Virus record (IMG/VR): IMGVR_UViG_3300030430_005214
Location: 1-64,000 of that record
DNA from: a virus
DNA length: 64,000 nt
Reading direction: 5' to 3' (one strand)
Shown here: one piece after another, positions 51,101 through 59,321 of the stretch
Layout: each line of letters starts with the position of its first letter
Numbering within the stretch: the stretch's first letter is position 1
Translations under genes and position numbers: made by a program
Notes under the pieces: model-generated
What the model was told of the DNA's origin: nothing
Database searches by the model: none
The model's input: only the letters and a program-made list of their open reading frames with translations

Positions 51101-52984
51101 AGGAATGTCTGTAAATACTTTATTTTTATCATTTTGTACATTTTGATTGTCTACAAGTTTATCTCTTCTATCTATTAAGCTTTTAATTCTGTCATCAATT
51201 GTACTTCTCCCAAAAGTACTTTCTAAAGACTTTCCTAATTGATCATTAAGTTGTGCTGGGCTTAACCCTGATGACGCACCTACAGCATCAATCACTGCTT
51301 CGTATGAAATTAACATTCTACTTATAAAGCTTTTCATCAGCGGACCCGTCGTCCAAGAATAGCTTTGATCTGCATCTTTTAAAATATCTGTCGTATTTTG
51401 TATTGATCTTGATATTATATCTTCGCCCCACTTTACTTGTGGATCTAATATTTTGTTGAAGTAGATATCACCCAATTCTTTTGCTAAATCTTTGGCGATT
51501 CCATCGTCCATTTCTTCTAAGCCTTGAACTATTGCCTCTTTGTGATCATCGAATGCTTTCAAAATATCTTTACATATGATATCTAATAATTCATCTACAG
51601 GAATTAATTTTAAAAGACATTTTACCGATAAAGATATTAATGAGTCGACATCGATATAATTCAAAAGCTGTTCATAGTAGTCTTCTACGCTATTAATTTC
51701 TTGAAATTTTCCTGCAATAAAAGAGTCACCAAGTAAATCTCCGATAGCTTCATATTGCTTAGACATTTCTTGTTGCATTTGGTCTTTAAATGCGTCATTA
51801 AATCTTTCACCTGTTGGGAAATAATTTTTATAATATTCATCATCTAGTAATCTAACATCTCCTAAAATAAAGCTTTCTATTAATGCCTGTGTGACTTCAT
51901 TGACAACTATGCTACTTCTGGGAAACAAGTATTTATTCAAAAACATTTTCGTTTCATCAGCATTGACAAAGACACTTGAATTAACTGGGCCGCCTTGTGG
52001 GGCAGTGGCTTTCTCATTTAGCTGAAAGTTGAGATTATACCTGTTATATATTTTGGACAGATTAAACACTAATGAGTTTAATGTACTGTCGTTAAAGTAA
52101 GAGGGAGTGCTTGTCGTTGAATCCACAAGAAGAACCGATAGACTTCCTGGGCGATCGGCCGGTAATTGCGCTAGGCCCCCAGAGCCCGCAGCTGCATCGG
52201 CACGCTTAGATAGAAAAATTTTTTCAAATTTATAGTCATCTAAAGAAAATTCAATTTTTACATAGTCATTTACAATATCTGCATTCACCTTCCCACCAGA
52301 AGTTGTATAGTCATTAACTATTCCAACAACAGCATCGTTTAAAGATCTTATTTGCGTAGCTAAATAATTTAAGTTAATTGGTCTATCAAGCGTTATATTA
52401 TAATAGTCAATTTTTTGTTTTAGTAGCTGCATGACGCGAGATGCGACATACGACATTAATTTTAAATCAGCTATTTTATATACAACAAATCTTTTGTCGA
52501 CCCCCGTTAGCCCGGAAACAATAGAAATATTAGAAGTAGATATACCCTTGGGTAAGTTGCCGGCGACAGTAGTGCCCGGAGAATTCAACTTTGAAGCTGT
52601 TTTTGTAGAAAGGAGACCTGGGTTCATCGATTGAAGTACGTCTCCTCTCATAAAAAAGTAAAACGTTGCTCCCGGGCCATTTATGGGGTCGCCCTTAAGA
52701 CCGTCAGTTGTAAAGAAATCTCGGGGTTCTTGACCATCTGGTGGGTTATTGTCGACATACACTATTTTATTTTTATCGAGAAAGTCTTTTAAAAACTTGT
52801 TTTCGAGAACGCCAAGGGAACCAGGCGCAATGTTTTCACCAAAAAAATTACATGTATTGCGAAAACCGCCATTAGTTTTGTAAAAAATTAATTTGTTATA
52901 ATATTTTTTGGCTAATTTTCCGGCTTGAAACTCTTTGATTAGCTCTTTTTGTTTTTGTTTTGGTTCTATTATTATGTTGCTCAT
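45173..52984 (-). CDS. Very large helical protein of unknown function (hub/ejection protein candidate)
   Basis: 2603-aa ORF between spike and gp25 with a few hydrophobic segments. Confidence 0.6.
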   Translation of the reverse strand: MSNIIIEPKQKQKELIKEFQAGKLAKKYYNKLIFYKTNGGFRNTCNFFGENIAPGSLGVLENKFLKDFLDKNKIVYVDNNPPDGQEPRDFFTTDGLKGDPINGPGATFYFFMRGDVLQSMNPGLLSTKTASKLNSPGTTVAGNLPKGISTSNISIVSGLTGVDKRFVVYKIADLKLMSYVASRVMQLLKQKIDYYNITLDRPINLNYLATQIRSLNDAVVGIVNDYTTSGGKVNADIVNDYVKIEFSLDDYKFEKIFLSKRADAAAGSGGLAQLPADRPGSLSVLLVDSTTSTPSYFNDSTLNSLVFNLSKIYNRYNLNFQLNEKATAPQGGPVNSSVFVNADETKMFLNKYLFPRSSIVVNEVTQALIESFILGDVRLLDDEYYKNYFPTGERFNDAFKDQMQQEMSKQYEAIGDLLGDSFIAGKFQEINSVEDYYEQLLNYIDVDSLISLSVKCLLKLIPVDELLDIICKDILKAFDDHKEAIVQGLEEMDDGIAKDLAKELGDIYFNKILDPQVKWGEDIISRSIQNTTDILKDADQSYSWTTGPLMKSFISRMLISYEAVIDAVGASSGLSPAQLNDQLGKSLESTFGRSTIDDRIKSLIDRRDKLVDNQNVQNDKNKVFTDIPGQTPPENLVNLDKYYNTQIGSLTSQISSLTAAKNNGEDQAFIYRSLMEDIIPRLIIVCPHLTQAEKAEVKSSYAANQLFGSLGSPGTLAGNESIAETINNLNNISGQIYSNLKSGVAVPQDYLNSDGTAFLFPENYMAQDLQSRKNIFDINLIKFKQIIATLEELQKRDTSPWITLKKFEEFGVETFDEYINEIFSAEDGTKRYYLCLAIYGTVPAVIYFIYQLFRDAKEVGEFFEDNAASVGKAFKRKMQMFLRTDYPVRDIFEELLEQFKQIGLNLARDLILSGIFYTIGKITEFCSEEELVNTPFDPFGAIDLSNFIIDSKSKTGGKIGSIDNSKSYKEAKKIDDTITPDIYKQILDLISANFSIRQICSMIDQTAGPRLYEAAIGLISELSFLQDTDFLAYYGNIQGIKELFSFINKDFDFSFCAEAAKDFNDQKSKLFEICMGLDETTLADVFSNGIDPDGVKDALAANKALKTLILGNLIPDINNLFKENRPLDPCEDGSAKLTELEISNAKILADSVFGNLDTLFEGDISNYKIIFEDIEKGIDGFRDVQPGTFVSTEQFIEDNLDSLTEIQKSRNIVGSKVYTSYLEAFNNNQIRFQGQSALTGPGLVFNFESEPDNFNIKRGINFVYSSAGNITDFAYHIQNVDEDATEEADAGGSVFTLASYKENQYFESGETAQEILFKYDTGVINQPKYNEIVKQKVCELSLKNDFYSKIINGMFFDLALDTFKLGLYERENWEKLNLNKNINSITSAGGTESTCFLGFMNKSAFIDQVVKLSQRLVCLSPNSATETPINVAVVKVATDAFIRSITIKEFLKSIFVFSVFPRGFGFFNSNVPKSIYEQILRSEIINSLNQRFESDYYKFEDFYDQILKKFITEITRILFQNEALTDEFALQFEIDSQIAFIKSEFSSLFANTFSEEEILFDKSEYQLLAENASEASSEFEIISDEAAPPPIKKADRIDQVDALINDYLPINDGKTKISFKGNISTYPLAVVGEQNSFNYFLAAASDLAPELNYNFTATDKQPGIETIPKDGLILEKYIEIKPKTNFFSDPQLKQLIETFLLFLGKYVEPGIGTDNYKKKLKMFLYDTRLFMLFPQIIEFIDNLDNEDASSPIFQYTNLNPDVGFDLMYWFFKYNFEDNFFANLDNLNWYTSFSKSSLFGFVDMSVFGKTYLSDVESLLGRFTYPVDNDSLNILQSKDIFDIQNELLDTETTNQLNNLTIDTLFINNPNSHYVNPELNSRTGEFFQLIRNENIFMQDLKALLEGSLLEQKPLFNISTTIDNVIYVKGRNFFQWLYSQKISDIYEFNTVTRIETKIADLTGQISAEFYNSVFENTAPTPLLGPLTAYTKQKTLIEEKIGHERKSSTLQLPFFELKQPIKQELTWFDFFIKIDKAGYYFDENFYNIDGLDASVILNTNNINEFVFSNNKNDIYSYFYKLKSYSNFSKSSVNTIEKVSYLNNIWWNVGKSLDDPFAGSEFLSLTDILDALFIDGHQNKELISNALTEASLKSFQSIADQFIGEPSFGSLGTVTDDNDLGPISSQNQIKYPLFLSKNIPESNQFLTRQEYNILVKAHLQKIFDVSGEAAGSSFLDNGDWATGIRPYIQLKWEYNFGWAEYNDDDVEKIGYKLNEKFKPAKFEDQFVFPYSDPLPYSPTGPNRKYAMDGTILGDGYSFGAGDPENHLGYRKALVESIPGVGGLSEFYFLQFPIKYRAIRGGLAVNKDLVPVFIDNKMNIFDLFIIMLYAGQENRETFEKLLKSVFLKEQTTIISLLHKIFVETNYPKMETNFNPSIKNSLNILLSAAAAANGDIYHPTRAKDVVTLDEIGEAAGQIGLGLLKGFLSAFANIVDPTWQTPWLLPGPLTPFGIAAKLINQDKDGDEQGPVEEQKQPPLAPCLDKIGQQSKFFENYLQQYQGSESGAVNLDLINQIVQSSNFGGNETNIISPDLINTLINSYQSGNEDEEDS

Positions 52985-53007
52985 TGTTGCCTTTTAAGTG
53001 ATTAAAA

Positions 53008-53014
53008 TAATTAG
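53008..53014 (-). promoter_or_regulatory. Putative late promoter motif CTAATTA overlapping the upstream stop codon
   Basis: AACTAATTAT about 24 nt upstream of ATG 52984. Confidence 0.5.
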
Positions 53015-54738
53015 TTTGTTCTGTTTTTCTCGCTTAATATTTTATATGATCCCAATTTACTAAAAGCAGCAGTATCATTATTTATTCTGTTTTGACCAGC
53101 AGCTTTACAACCTGTCGTTTGTATCATGTTGTTCAGCATGGCGTCTCTGCCAGCGTTTACAACTTCAGGAGAAGTGTAATTTTTCCCTCCACCAAGAGCT
53201 AAAGGATTAGTGCCATTCGTAGACATAAAACCAATCAAAATAGCAAACGGGTCATAGTGTGTGTGTTGGGCTAAAGCAGCGTTAAATTTAAATTGTGATT
53301 GAAGAAAATCTAACAGAATAGCTGAGACTTCGCCTACACTTTTAGACAATCCCTCTAAGTAAGTTGTTAGATTATCTCCTTTTACCAGTGGTTGCAAATC
53401 TTGATCTTCATTACCAGCGATTAAATCAATTCCAAACTTAGAATATTGTTCTCCACCTCTAGAATTTGTTTTATCCGTTCCTGTGATCAATCTTATACCA
53501 GACGTTCTAGACATAAGAACTACATCGTCAGCTTTTACTGCCGCGACTGATATTCCCTGTCTTGTTTCAGTTGGACTAAACTCTTTAATTTTGCTTATAA
53601 CTTTTGAATACGTTCCGCCGGCAACCCTTAATAAGTTATCAACATCGGACTTTTGAGATAGGTAAACATATGCAGCATCTCCAATTAAATCATTTGGCTT
53701 CACAACTGGTGCTGGAGGGCCGGCCTGTCCTTCTGGTAGTTGTTCCATTATAATATTGTCGGGTGATCTACCAGCAAACATATATACGGCGCCGGATTTG
53801 GTATGCCCTCTTAATTTATAAAATTCATCTCTCGTTGCGATGATACCAGAGTTATTTTTACTTTGCAATACAGCATCTCCAGGCTTTGCATCCAAAGGGG
53901 GCACTGGTTCAATAAGGCGACCGCCACCGATGCCATTAAGATATCCCAGCTTAAGCTCTTCGGCTGTCTCATATATTCTTTGATCTTCTGCGGATAGACC
54001 AGACAAATCGAAAGCTGGAACTTTATTCAAAGACTTTGGCTTATTTATTGCCGGCATATCACCAGGCGATGCACCTTGATTAATCGATGCAGGTCCTGAA
54101 TTTATCTGACTTTCATTATAACCAATTTGACTCGGCTGATTACCAACAAGACCTAAATTTGCCTCTAGATTACCCGCTATAGAAACTCCAGATGCGATTG
54201 ATTCATAACTATCAATCTCTATCTCGTCTTCAATTTCATCTTCGTTTTCATCAGTGGCGCCATGCTCCCCTCCAGAAAGCTGTTCATCTAGACTATCGAG
54301 AAAACCCTCTGGGGCGGCCGACTCATATTTTTCTAGATCTTTTTGTTGTTCAGCAACAATGGCATCGATTTCGTTTTCTAATGCATTTGCATTTTGACTT
54401 AAAATAACATCTATAACACTTGTATTTTCTTGCGAAGTGAGATTTGCAAGTTCTTTGCGAAAATATAAATTAACCTTTTCGTAATCTATTTTGCTTTTAT
54501 CTATATTTAAAAAGTAAAAAACTATATTTGCATTATATTCATCTTTGGTTGTATTAAGTATCGGATCAGGATCATTAAAATAAACATCTGCTGATGTTTC
54601 AAGCTCTGCGCTGTCTTTAGGTATCGTGTAAACTTTTTCAGTTTTACTATATTCGCCCTTTAATATCTTTAGTGTAGATATTGTTAAAGAAGGCTGCCCA
54701 CCATCTAATTGTGACGCAAAAGCTTGTAAAAATCTCAT
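53011..54738 (-). CDS. Baseplate central spike (gp5/gpV-like C-terminal part)
   Basis: DAAYVYLSQKSDVD, AVKADDVVLMSRTSGIRL, QPLVKGDNL and HxH (QHTHY) metal-binding tip motif. Confidence 0.65.
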   Translation of the reverse strand: MRFLQAFASQLDGGQPSLTISTLKILKGEYSKTEKVYTIPKDSAELETSADVYFNDPDPILNTTKDEYNANIVFYFLNIDKSKIDYEKVNLYFRKELANLTSQENTSVIDVILSQNANALENEIDAIVAEQQKDLEKYESAAPEGFLDSLDEQLSGGEHGATDENEDEIEDEIEIDSYESIASGVSIAGNLEANLGLVGNQPSQIGYNESQINSGPASINQGASPGDMPAINKPKSLNKVPAFDLSGLSAEDQRIYETAEELKLGYLNGIGGGRLIEPVPPLDAKPGDAVLQSKNNSGIIATRDEFYKLRGHTKSGAVYMFAGRSPDNIIMEQLPEGQAGPPAPVVKPNDLIGDAAYVYLSQKSDVDNLLRVAGGTYSKVISKIKEFSPTETRQGISVAAVKADDVVLMSRTSGIRLITGTDKTNSRGGEQYSKFGIDLIAGNEDQDLQPLVKGDNLTTYLEGLSKSVGEVSAILLDFLQSQFKFNAALAQHTHYDPFAILIGFMSTNGTNPLALGGGKNYTSPEVVNAGRDAMLNNMIQTTGCKAAGQNRINNDTAAFSKLGSYKILSEKNRTN

Positions 54739-56258
54739 TTATCTAATCCCAATTCCTTTACAATATCTTCGCCCTCTACTCCTAAAACCTGCAGTATGTT
54801 TGGGACCCTCTCGTCGACTTCATGAAGAAAATTATCAAAAGGCATTTGACGAACCCTTTTCTTACTGTTTGCAATCTTTGGTTTTCTTTTCTGAAAAAGT
54901 GCCTTTGATCTTCCAATGTAATTTGCAACATTTGCCAACTCATCAACGCCTTTTCTATTAAAATTTTTGCTTTTAAGTGTTCTCAAAGCCAGATCAACGC
55001 GCCAGCCAGAATATGGTGTGCCTTTATTGCTGGACGTAGTTATTCCTCGTGCAACGTAACCTTTCTTTGGCGCAACATTGTGTTTACTTTCCTTTACGGT
55101 TCTTCCGCTGCATAGGTCGTCTGAGCCATCACCATTTAAATCCATATCAAGATAAAATATACCTCGTTTCTGGTTTCCTTGTTTTTTGCGGCCGAGCACG
55201 GTGGCTACGCCAAAATAACCTTCAAAATCATAATGCACGTTCGCTGATGAGCCAGGACAGCAGCCGCCTTTTGAAGTACTACCAGCCTGATCAAGTCTTG
55301 GACCAGTAATACCTACAGGCTTAGTAGATCTTGGTCGCGGTATACATGATGCAGTCTGTCCAGTTTCATCCCCTGTGGCTGCCACATTAGTCGATAAATT
55401 GAGATACATCCCAAGTTTAGCACGAGGGAGCCTACCCTCATTAACAAGCAGCGCTATGGAATTGTGATATTGTAGGACTGGTATAATATATTTTCTTCCA
55501 TTGTAAGTGCATTCCACCATCGAATCAGAAGCAATACCGTAACCATGATTACCTTTATCTGGGCTTTGTCCGGGATATCCGCGAGAATAAGAAGTAACCA
55601 CAACTTTAGGATTACTAATGTGTGGACTTAATTGCCAATATCTTGTAACAACCTCACAAAACGCAGCTTGCAATCTAGCAAAATGTTTCTTTGCTAAAAT
55701 AAATTCTTCTTCAGTAAAATTCTTTCTAATGTGTTTTTGTATTTCAGGCTTGCCTCCTCTTTTATAACCTGTGCCGCCGCCTCGTGGGTCAATTTTTCCA
55801 CCGCGCAGATTATCAGGCACTGGGAGTGGCTGTCCTTTATCGTTGTACTTTAACAGACCTTCATCAACCATATATTTTCTTTTTAAGCCGATTGGAAAAG
55901 ATTTTTCTACGTCTTTTATAAATTTATCGTATTGTGCTCTAGACATTCTAAAATAATCAGTTGGATTTTTAACATCGTATGCATTGGAAAGTTTATTGAT
56001 TTGTTTTTTTAACTTTCTAATCTTTCTCTGGATTTTTCTTTTTTGCTTCTTATCAAAAGGGGGATCAGTGGAATTAGGATCGTTTGTGCCAGCAGACAGT
56101 ATACTTTCTTGTGCAGCTAAATCTTTTTTTATCTCATTAACTTTGTCAGAATAGGTGGCTATAAAGTCAATAGCGTGACCAGAATCAAATTGAGATTGAG
56201 AACTTGTGTTGATTGGTTCTGATACTGGATCAAATGGTTTATGTACAAAGTTACTCAT
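54735..56258 (-). CDS. Basic protein with peptidase M15-like (Zn, LAS-fold) peptidoglycan hydrolase motifs
   Basis: VVTSYSR...GNHGYGIASD...LGMY...NVHYD matches the TSGYR/HxxGxAxD/GxY/VHxD pattern; AAGGA SD. Confidence 0.6.
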   Translation of the reverse strand: MSNFVHKPFDPVSEPINTSSQSQFDSGHAIDFIATYSDKVNEIKKDLAAQESILSAGTNDPNSTDPPFDKKQKRKIQRKIRKLKKQINKLSNAYDVKNPTDYFRMSRAQYDKFIKDVEKSFPIGLKRKYMVDEGLLKYNDKGQPLPVPDNLRGGKIDPRGGGTGYKRGGKPEIQKHIRKNFTEEEFILAKKHFARLQAAFCEVVTRYWQLSPHISNPKVVVTSYSRGYPGQSPDKGNHGYGIASDSMVECTYNGRKYIIPVLQYHNSIALLVNEGRLPRAKLGMYLNLSTNVAATGDETGQTASCIPRPRSTKPVGITGPRLDQAGSTSKGGCCPGSSANVHYDFEGYFGVATVLGRKKQGNQKRGIFYLDMDLNGDGSDDLCSGRTVKESKHNVAPKKGYVARGITTSSNKGTPYSGWRVDLALRTLKSKNFNRKGVDELANVANYIGRSKALFQKRKPKIANSKKRVRQMPFDNFLHEVDERVPNILQVLGVEGEDIVKELGLDK

Positions 56259-56294
56259 ATTGTTTCCTTTAAACTATATCGACTATCAATTTTA

Positions 56295-56747
56295 TTACGG
56301 ATTGTGTCGAACAGCGACGATTTTCGGCTCAGTAAAATTGTCTATATTTCCAAAAGTTACAGTAATTTTTGTTCCTGCTAAGAGTATGTCTCCTGCGCTT
56401 TTTAATATACTCATTGGGCCTGTAAAAGTAGGATGCATTACTATAGATGCCATGTCGTTCGCGCCTAGCGGTACAGGGATTAAATTATGTAATTCTGGTA
56501 TTCTTGCTTTTACTCTAAATTCGTTTCTAACGATATCTTGTTGAGTTTGTATAAAGTGAACTAACACCACAGCGTTAAAATTTTGTTGTTTGCTAAGTTT
56601 ATCTTTAGTGTATGTTCTTTCAATCGCTTCAAATAATTGATCTTCTGCGGTTTTAAGTAAATTAATTTCAACCACTTCATTATCTGATGGTTCTATTAAT
56701 GCTGGGTTTGGGGCATCACTAAACTCGGCAAATGGATCAAAAGACAT
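56295..56747 (-). CDS. gp5-like N-terminal OB-fold module
   Basis: FNAVVL...FRVKARIPELH...GTKITVTF...PKIV, resembling the gp5/VgrG OB fold. Confidence 0.5.
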   Translation of the reverse strand: MSFDPFAEFSDAPNPALIEPSDNEVVEINLLKTAEDQLFEAIERTYTKDKLSKQQNFNAVVLVHFIQTQQDIVRNEFRVKARIPELHNLIPVPLGANDMASIVMHPTFTGPMSILKSAGDILLAGTKITVTFGNIDNFTEPKIVAVRHNP

Positions 56748-57043
56748 TATTTTTCTCCTTGAATTACATCAAAAAGCGACTTTTTGTCCTCTTCCGATAG
56801 TTCAACACTAGTATCGGCTTTCTTAGCCATAATGGACGTAAGTTTTACCAATTGTTCATTAGATCGCTGTAAGGTTTCCACATATTTAGCTGCAATAAAA
56901 CCCAAGTCTTTGTGAGTTTCTTGCCCGTTAGTGATTTCTGCAAAAACTTGTGTTAGCAAGGTAGAGGTAATATCTCTATCATCTCTAATATTCGCAATTG
57001 CTTCTTGAATATAATTTTCTAAATCTTTTATTGATCGTCCCAT
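56747..57043 (-). CDS. Hypothetical helical protein
   Basis: 98-aa ORF overlapping the sigma gene end; TAATG-coupled downstream. Confidence 0.6.
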   Translation of the reverse strand: MGRSIKDLENYIQEAIANIRDDRDITSTLLTQVFAEITNGQETHKDLGFIAAKYVETLQRSNEQLVKLTSIMAKKADTSVELSEEDKKSLFDVIQGEK

Positions 57044-57726
57044 CCCTTTTTAAACTCCGCATAACGTTTTCTTACTTTATTAAGAGAGCTTACAACTTGC
57101 TTGGTATTTAGCCCGGTAATTTCTCTAATATACAAGTAAATAGCTTTTTTGTTAAAAATTTCTATGTTATTAGCCTCATTGAAAAGAATTTCAATAGCTT
57201 GAATAGTTTTAACTTCGTTTTCTCTAAGAGGCATTTTTTTCCAAGATTCTATTTCTTTGCTAAGGTGCAAAAAGAATTCGTGTTTGTTGCGGTCTTCAAT
57301 GTAGGTATTACGAACAACTAGCTGCTGTATTGAAGGTGTGTTTGATGTATCAGAGTGGGTTAGAAAGTACTCTTCTAGGTGGGTTTCTCTTTTTGCTTTT
57401 TTTGATGTCTTTTTTACTTCAGCGATAAACCAATTTTTTGAAACAACGCTAAAGTAAGTAAATGCTTTTGACCCTTTGTCCGGATCAAAGTTATTAAGAA
57501 CTGTTATAAGCCAATTTTTACAATCATCTTTAAGAGAATCAATGTTAGGAAGAGATGTAAATTTATAAGTATAAACAATTTTATCTACCATTTCATCAAA
57601 AACTGGGCCAATAAACTCTTTATAAAGATCATTGCGTCGTTTGGGATCTTGTGTTTGACAATATTCTACTATTGCATCTTGATGTTCTTTTCTAAAATAA
57701 TGGTTTTTAGTTCTCTTCCTCGGCAT
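57028..57726 (-). CDS. Phage late-transcription sigma factor (T4 gp55-like)
   Basis: N-terminal HYF; region-2-like NFDPDKGSKAFTYFSVVSKNW; C-terminal HTH-like IREITGLNTKQVVSSL. Confidence 0.75.
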   Translation of the reverse strand: MPRKRTKNHYFRKEHQDAIVEYCQTQDPKRRNDLYKEFIGPVFDEMVDKIVYTYKFTSLPNIDSLKDDCKNWLITVLNNFDPDKGSKAFTYFSVVSKNWFIAEVKKTSKKAKRETHLEEYFLTHSDTSNTPSIQQLVVRNTYIEDRNKHEFFLHLSKEIESWKKMPLRENEVKTIQAIEILFNEANNIEIFNKKAIYLYIREITGLNTKQVVSSLNKVRKRYAEFKKGWDDQ

Positions 57727-57994
57727 ATTCTTCCTCTTGTCTTAAGACACGTTGAAAACTTTGGCATTCCTCAACAAGTGCCTTTGAGTGACGAAGCAAA
57801 TTTGCTAAAGTTTCATCTCCATAAAAGCGCTCAAGTCCATTAACAATGTCAATGTGATCTCTATATTCTTCTAATGTTTCACTAAAAGTATCTAATTCAT
57901 CTTGAAAAGTTAAGAATCTTTTTAAAAGTTGAATAACATACCAAATAAAAACAAAGTTAAGAATAATTGAAAGAGCCAAGAAAAGTTGTGTCAT
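57707..57994 (-). CDS. Small protein with N-terminal TM helix
   Basis: LFLALSIILNFVFIWYVIQLL followed by an acidic helix. Confidence 0.55.
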   Translation of the reverse strand: MTQLFLALSIILNFVFIWYVIQLLKRFLTFQDELDTFSETLEEYRDHIDIVNGLERFYGDETLANLLRHSKALVEECQSFQRVLRQEEEYAEEEN

Positions 57995-58239
57995 CTGCTA
58001 TTATCTAGTTCCTTTATTTGGTTTTTAAGGTCCTCTTTAGAGCTTTCAATAAACTCTTTAGTTAAATCACCAGTTTTTTTCTTTTTTGTTTGTTTATTAG
58101 TATTATATGAGAAGTTACTAGGCTTCCGTCCAATGTTTCTTGAAGAACACCATGGGCATTCTTCTATTGTCTCAGACATTAAGTGATTTTCTTTCCACTC
58201 CCCTAAACAATCTCCACACTGATAAACATATATCGGCAA
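57991..58239 (-). CDS. FmdB-family zinc-ribbon protein
   Basis: MPIYVYQCGDC...ECPWC signature. Confidence 0.85.
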   Translation of the reverse strand: MPIYVYQCGDCLGEWKENHLMSETIEECPWCSSRNIGRKPSNFSYNTNKQTKKKKTGDLTKEFIESSKEDLKNQIKELDNSR

Positions 58240-58250
58240 TTTTTATCTCC

Positions 58251-58472
58251 TTATTCTGGTTGATCGCAAACAACATCCCAGTCAGCTGTTGTTTCTTCAT
58301 TAAGTTTAACCAATGGCGGGTTCAGTACAACCAAACCCTCTGGTGAACTAGTCATCTTAAACCCCTCTAAAACAGGTACAATATCAGATTGTTCTAATAA
58401 AGATTTTTGTAATGCCATCATAAGTGCACCGATGGCCTGTTTCGATAGGTTTGTGTGTTGTATTTCAGTCAT
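58251..58472 (-). CDS. Hypothetical protein
   Basis: 73-aa ORF with AAGGAG SD. Confidence 0.55.
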   Translation of the reverse strand: MTEIQHTNLSKQAIGALMMALQKSLLEQSDIVPVLEGFKMTSSPEGLVVLNPPLVKLNEETTADWDVVCDQPE

Positions 58473-58481
58473 ATTTTCTCC

Positions 58482-59321
58482 TTATTCTTCGCTAATTGCG
58501 CGACCTTTAAGTTGTTCCCAATCTCGTTCGGGTCTAACCTCTAAATTTTTACCCCAAGTAGATTTTAATACCATCGGGTTTACATCAACTTTTTCAGCAA
58601 AGCTGATTAGAGCGTTAACATCTTTTGGAAAACAAGAACCTCCAAAGCCGAACTTACCGTCTGGACCTGGGGAGCTAAAATGAGTTCTCCCTATTCTTTG
58701 ATCGTAAAGACCATACTCTACTACTTTATCATAATCTACGTTAATTTTTTCACATATTTGTCTAATTTCATTAGAAAAACTAACTTTTGTGGCCAAAAAG
58801 CAGTTAGTAAAATACTTTACCATTTCTGCAGTGTTTGAACCAGTCTTTATAATAGATGCTGATGGATAGCATTTTCTATAGAGATTTTTCACTTTTGTTG
58901 TTCCTGGTCTTGGGCCTCCGATGATAACTCTATTTTGATTTTTAAAATCATCAATAAAGTTTGCCTCCGTTAGAAACTCAGGGTTAAAAATAACTTGTAA
59001 GTTTTGGCACTCCTTGTTAAATTTTTCTGTTGTTCCGGGTAAAACGGTTGACTTTATAACAGCAATATTGTTATTGTTAAAAGAATTTAATTTATAGATT
59101 GTGTTTGAAACTATTGATAAATCACATTCTCCATTTTTTCTCATCGGTGTTGGCAAACAAACAAATATTATTTCTGCTTTTTCGCTTAATTCTTCTAAAG
59201 AGTTGCAAGTTGATTGTTTAAATTTATCATAAGTTTCAATATTAACAAAATTTTTAAAGCCTTCTCGTATCGCCGTGCCGACAAAACCTTGTCCGATTAC
59301 CCCAATAGTATTATTGTCCAC
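58482..59321 (-). CDS. UDP-glucose/GDP-mannose-family dehydrogenase, short form without the C-terminal domain
   Basis: GVIGQGFVG, FVCLPTP, IKSTVLPGTT, NPEFL, AEMVKY and GFGGSCFPKD (catalytic Cys). Confidence 0.9.
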   Translation of the reverse strand: MDNNTIGVIGQGFVGTAIREGFKNFVNIETYDKFKQSTCNSLEELSEKAEIIFVCLPTPMRKNGECDLSIVSNTIYKLNSFNNNNIAVIKSTVLPGTTEKFNKECQNLQVIFNPEFLTEANFIDDFKNQNRVIIGGPRPGTTKVKNLYRKCYPSASIIKTGSNTAEMVKYFTNCFLATKVSFSNEIRQICEKINVDYDKVVEYGLYDQRIGRTHFSSPGPDGKFGFGGSCFPKDVNALISFAEKVDVNPMVLKSTWGKNLEVRPERDWEQLKGRAISEE

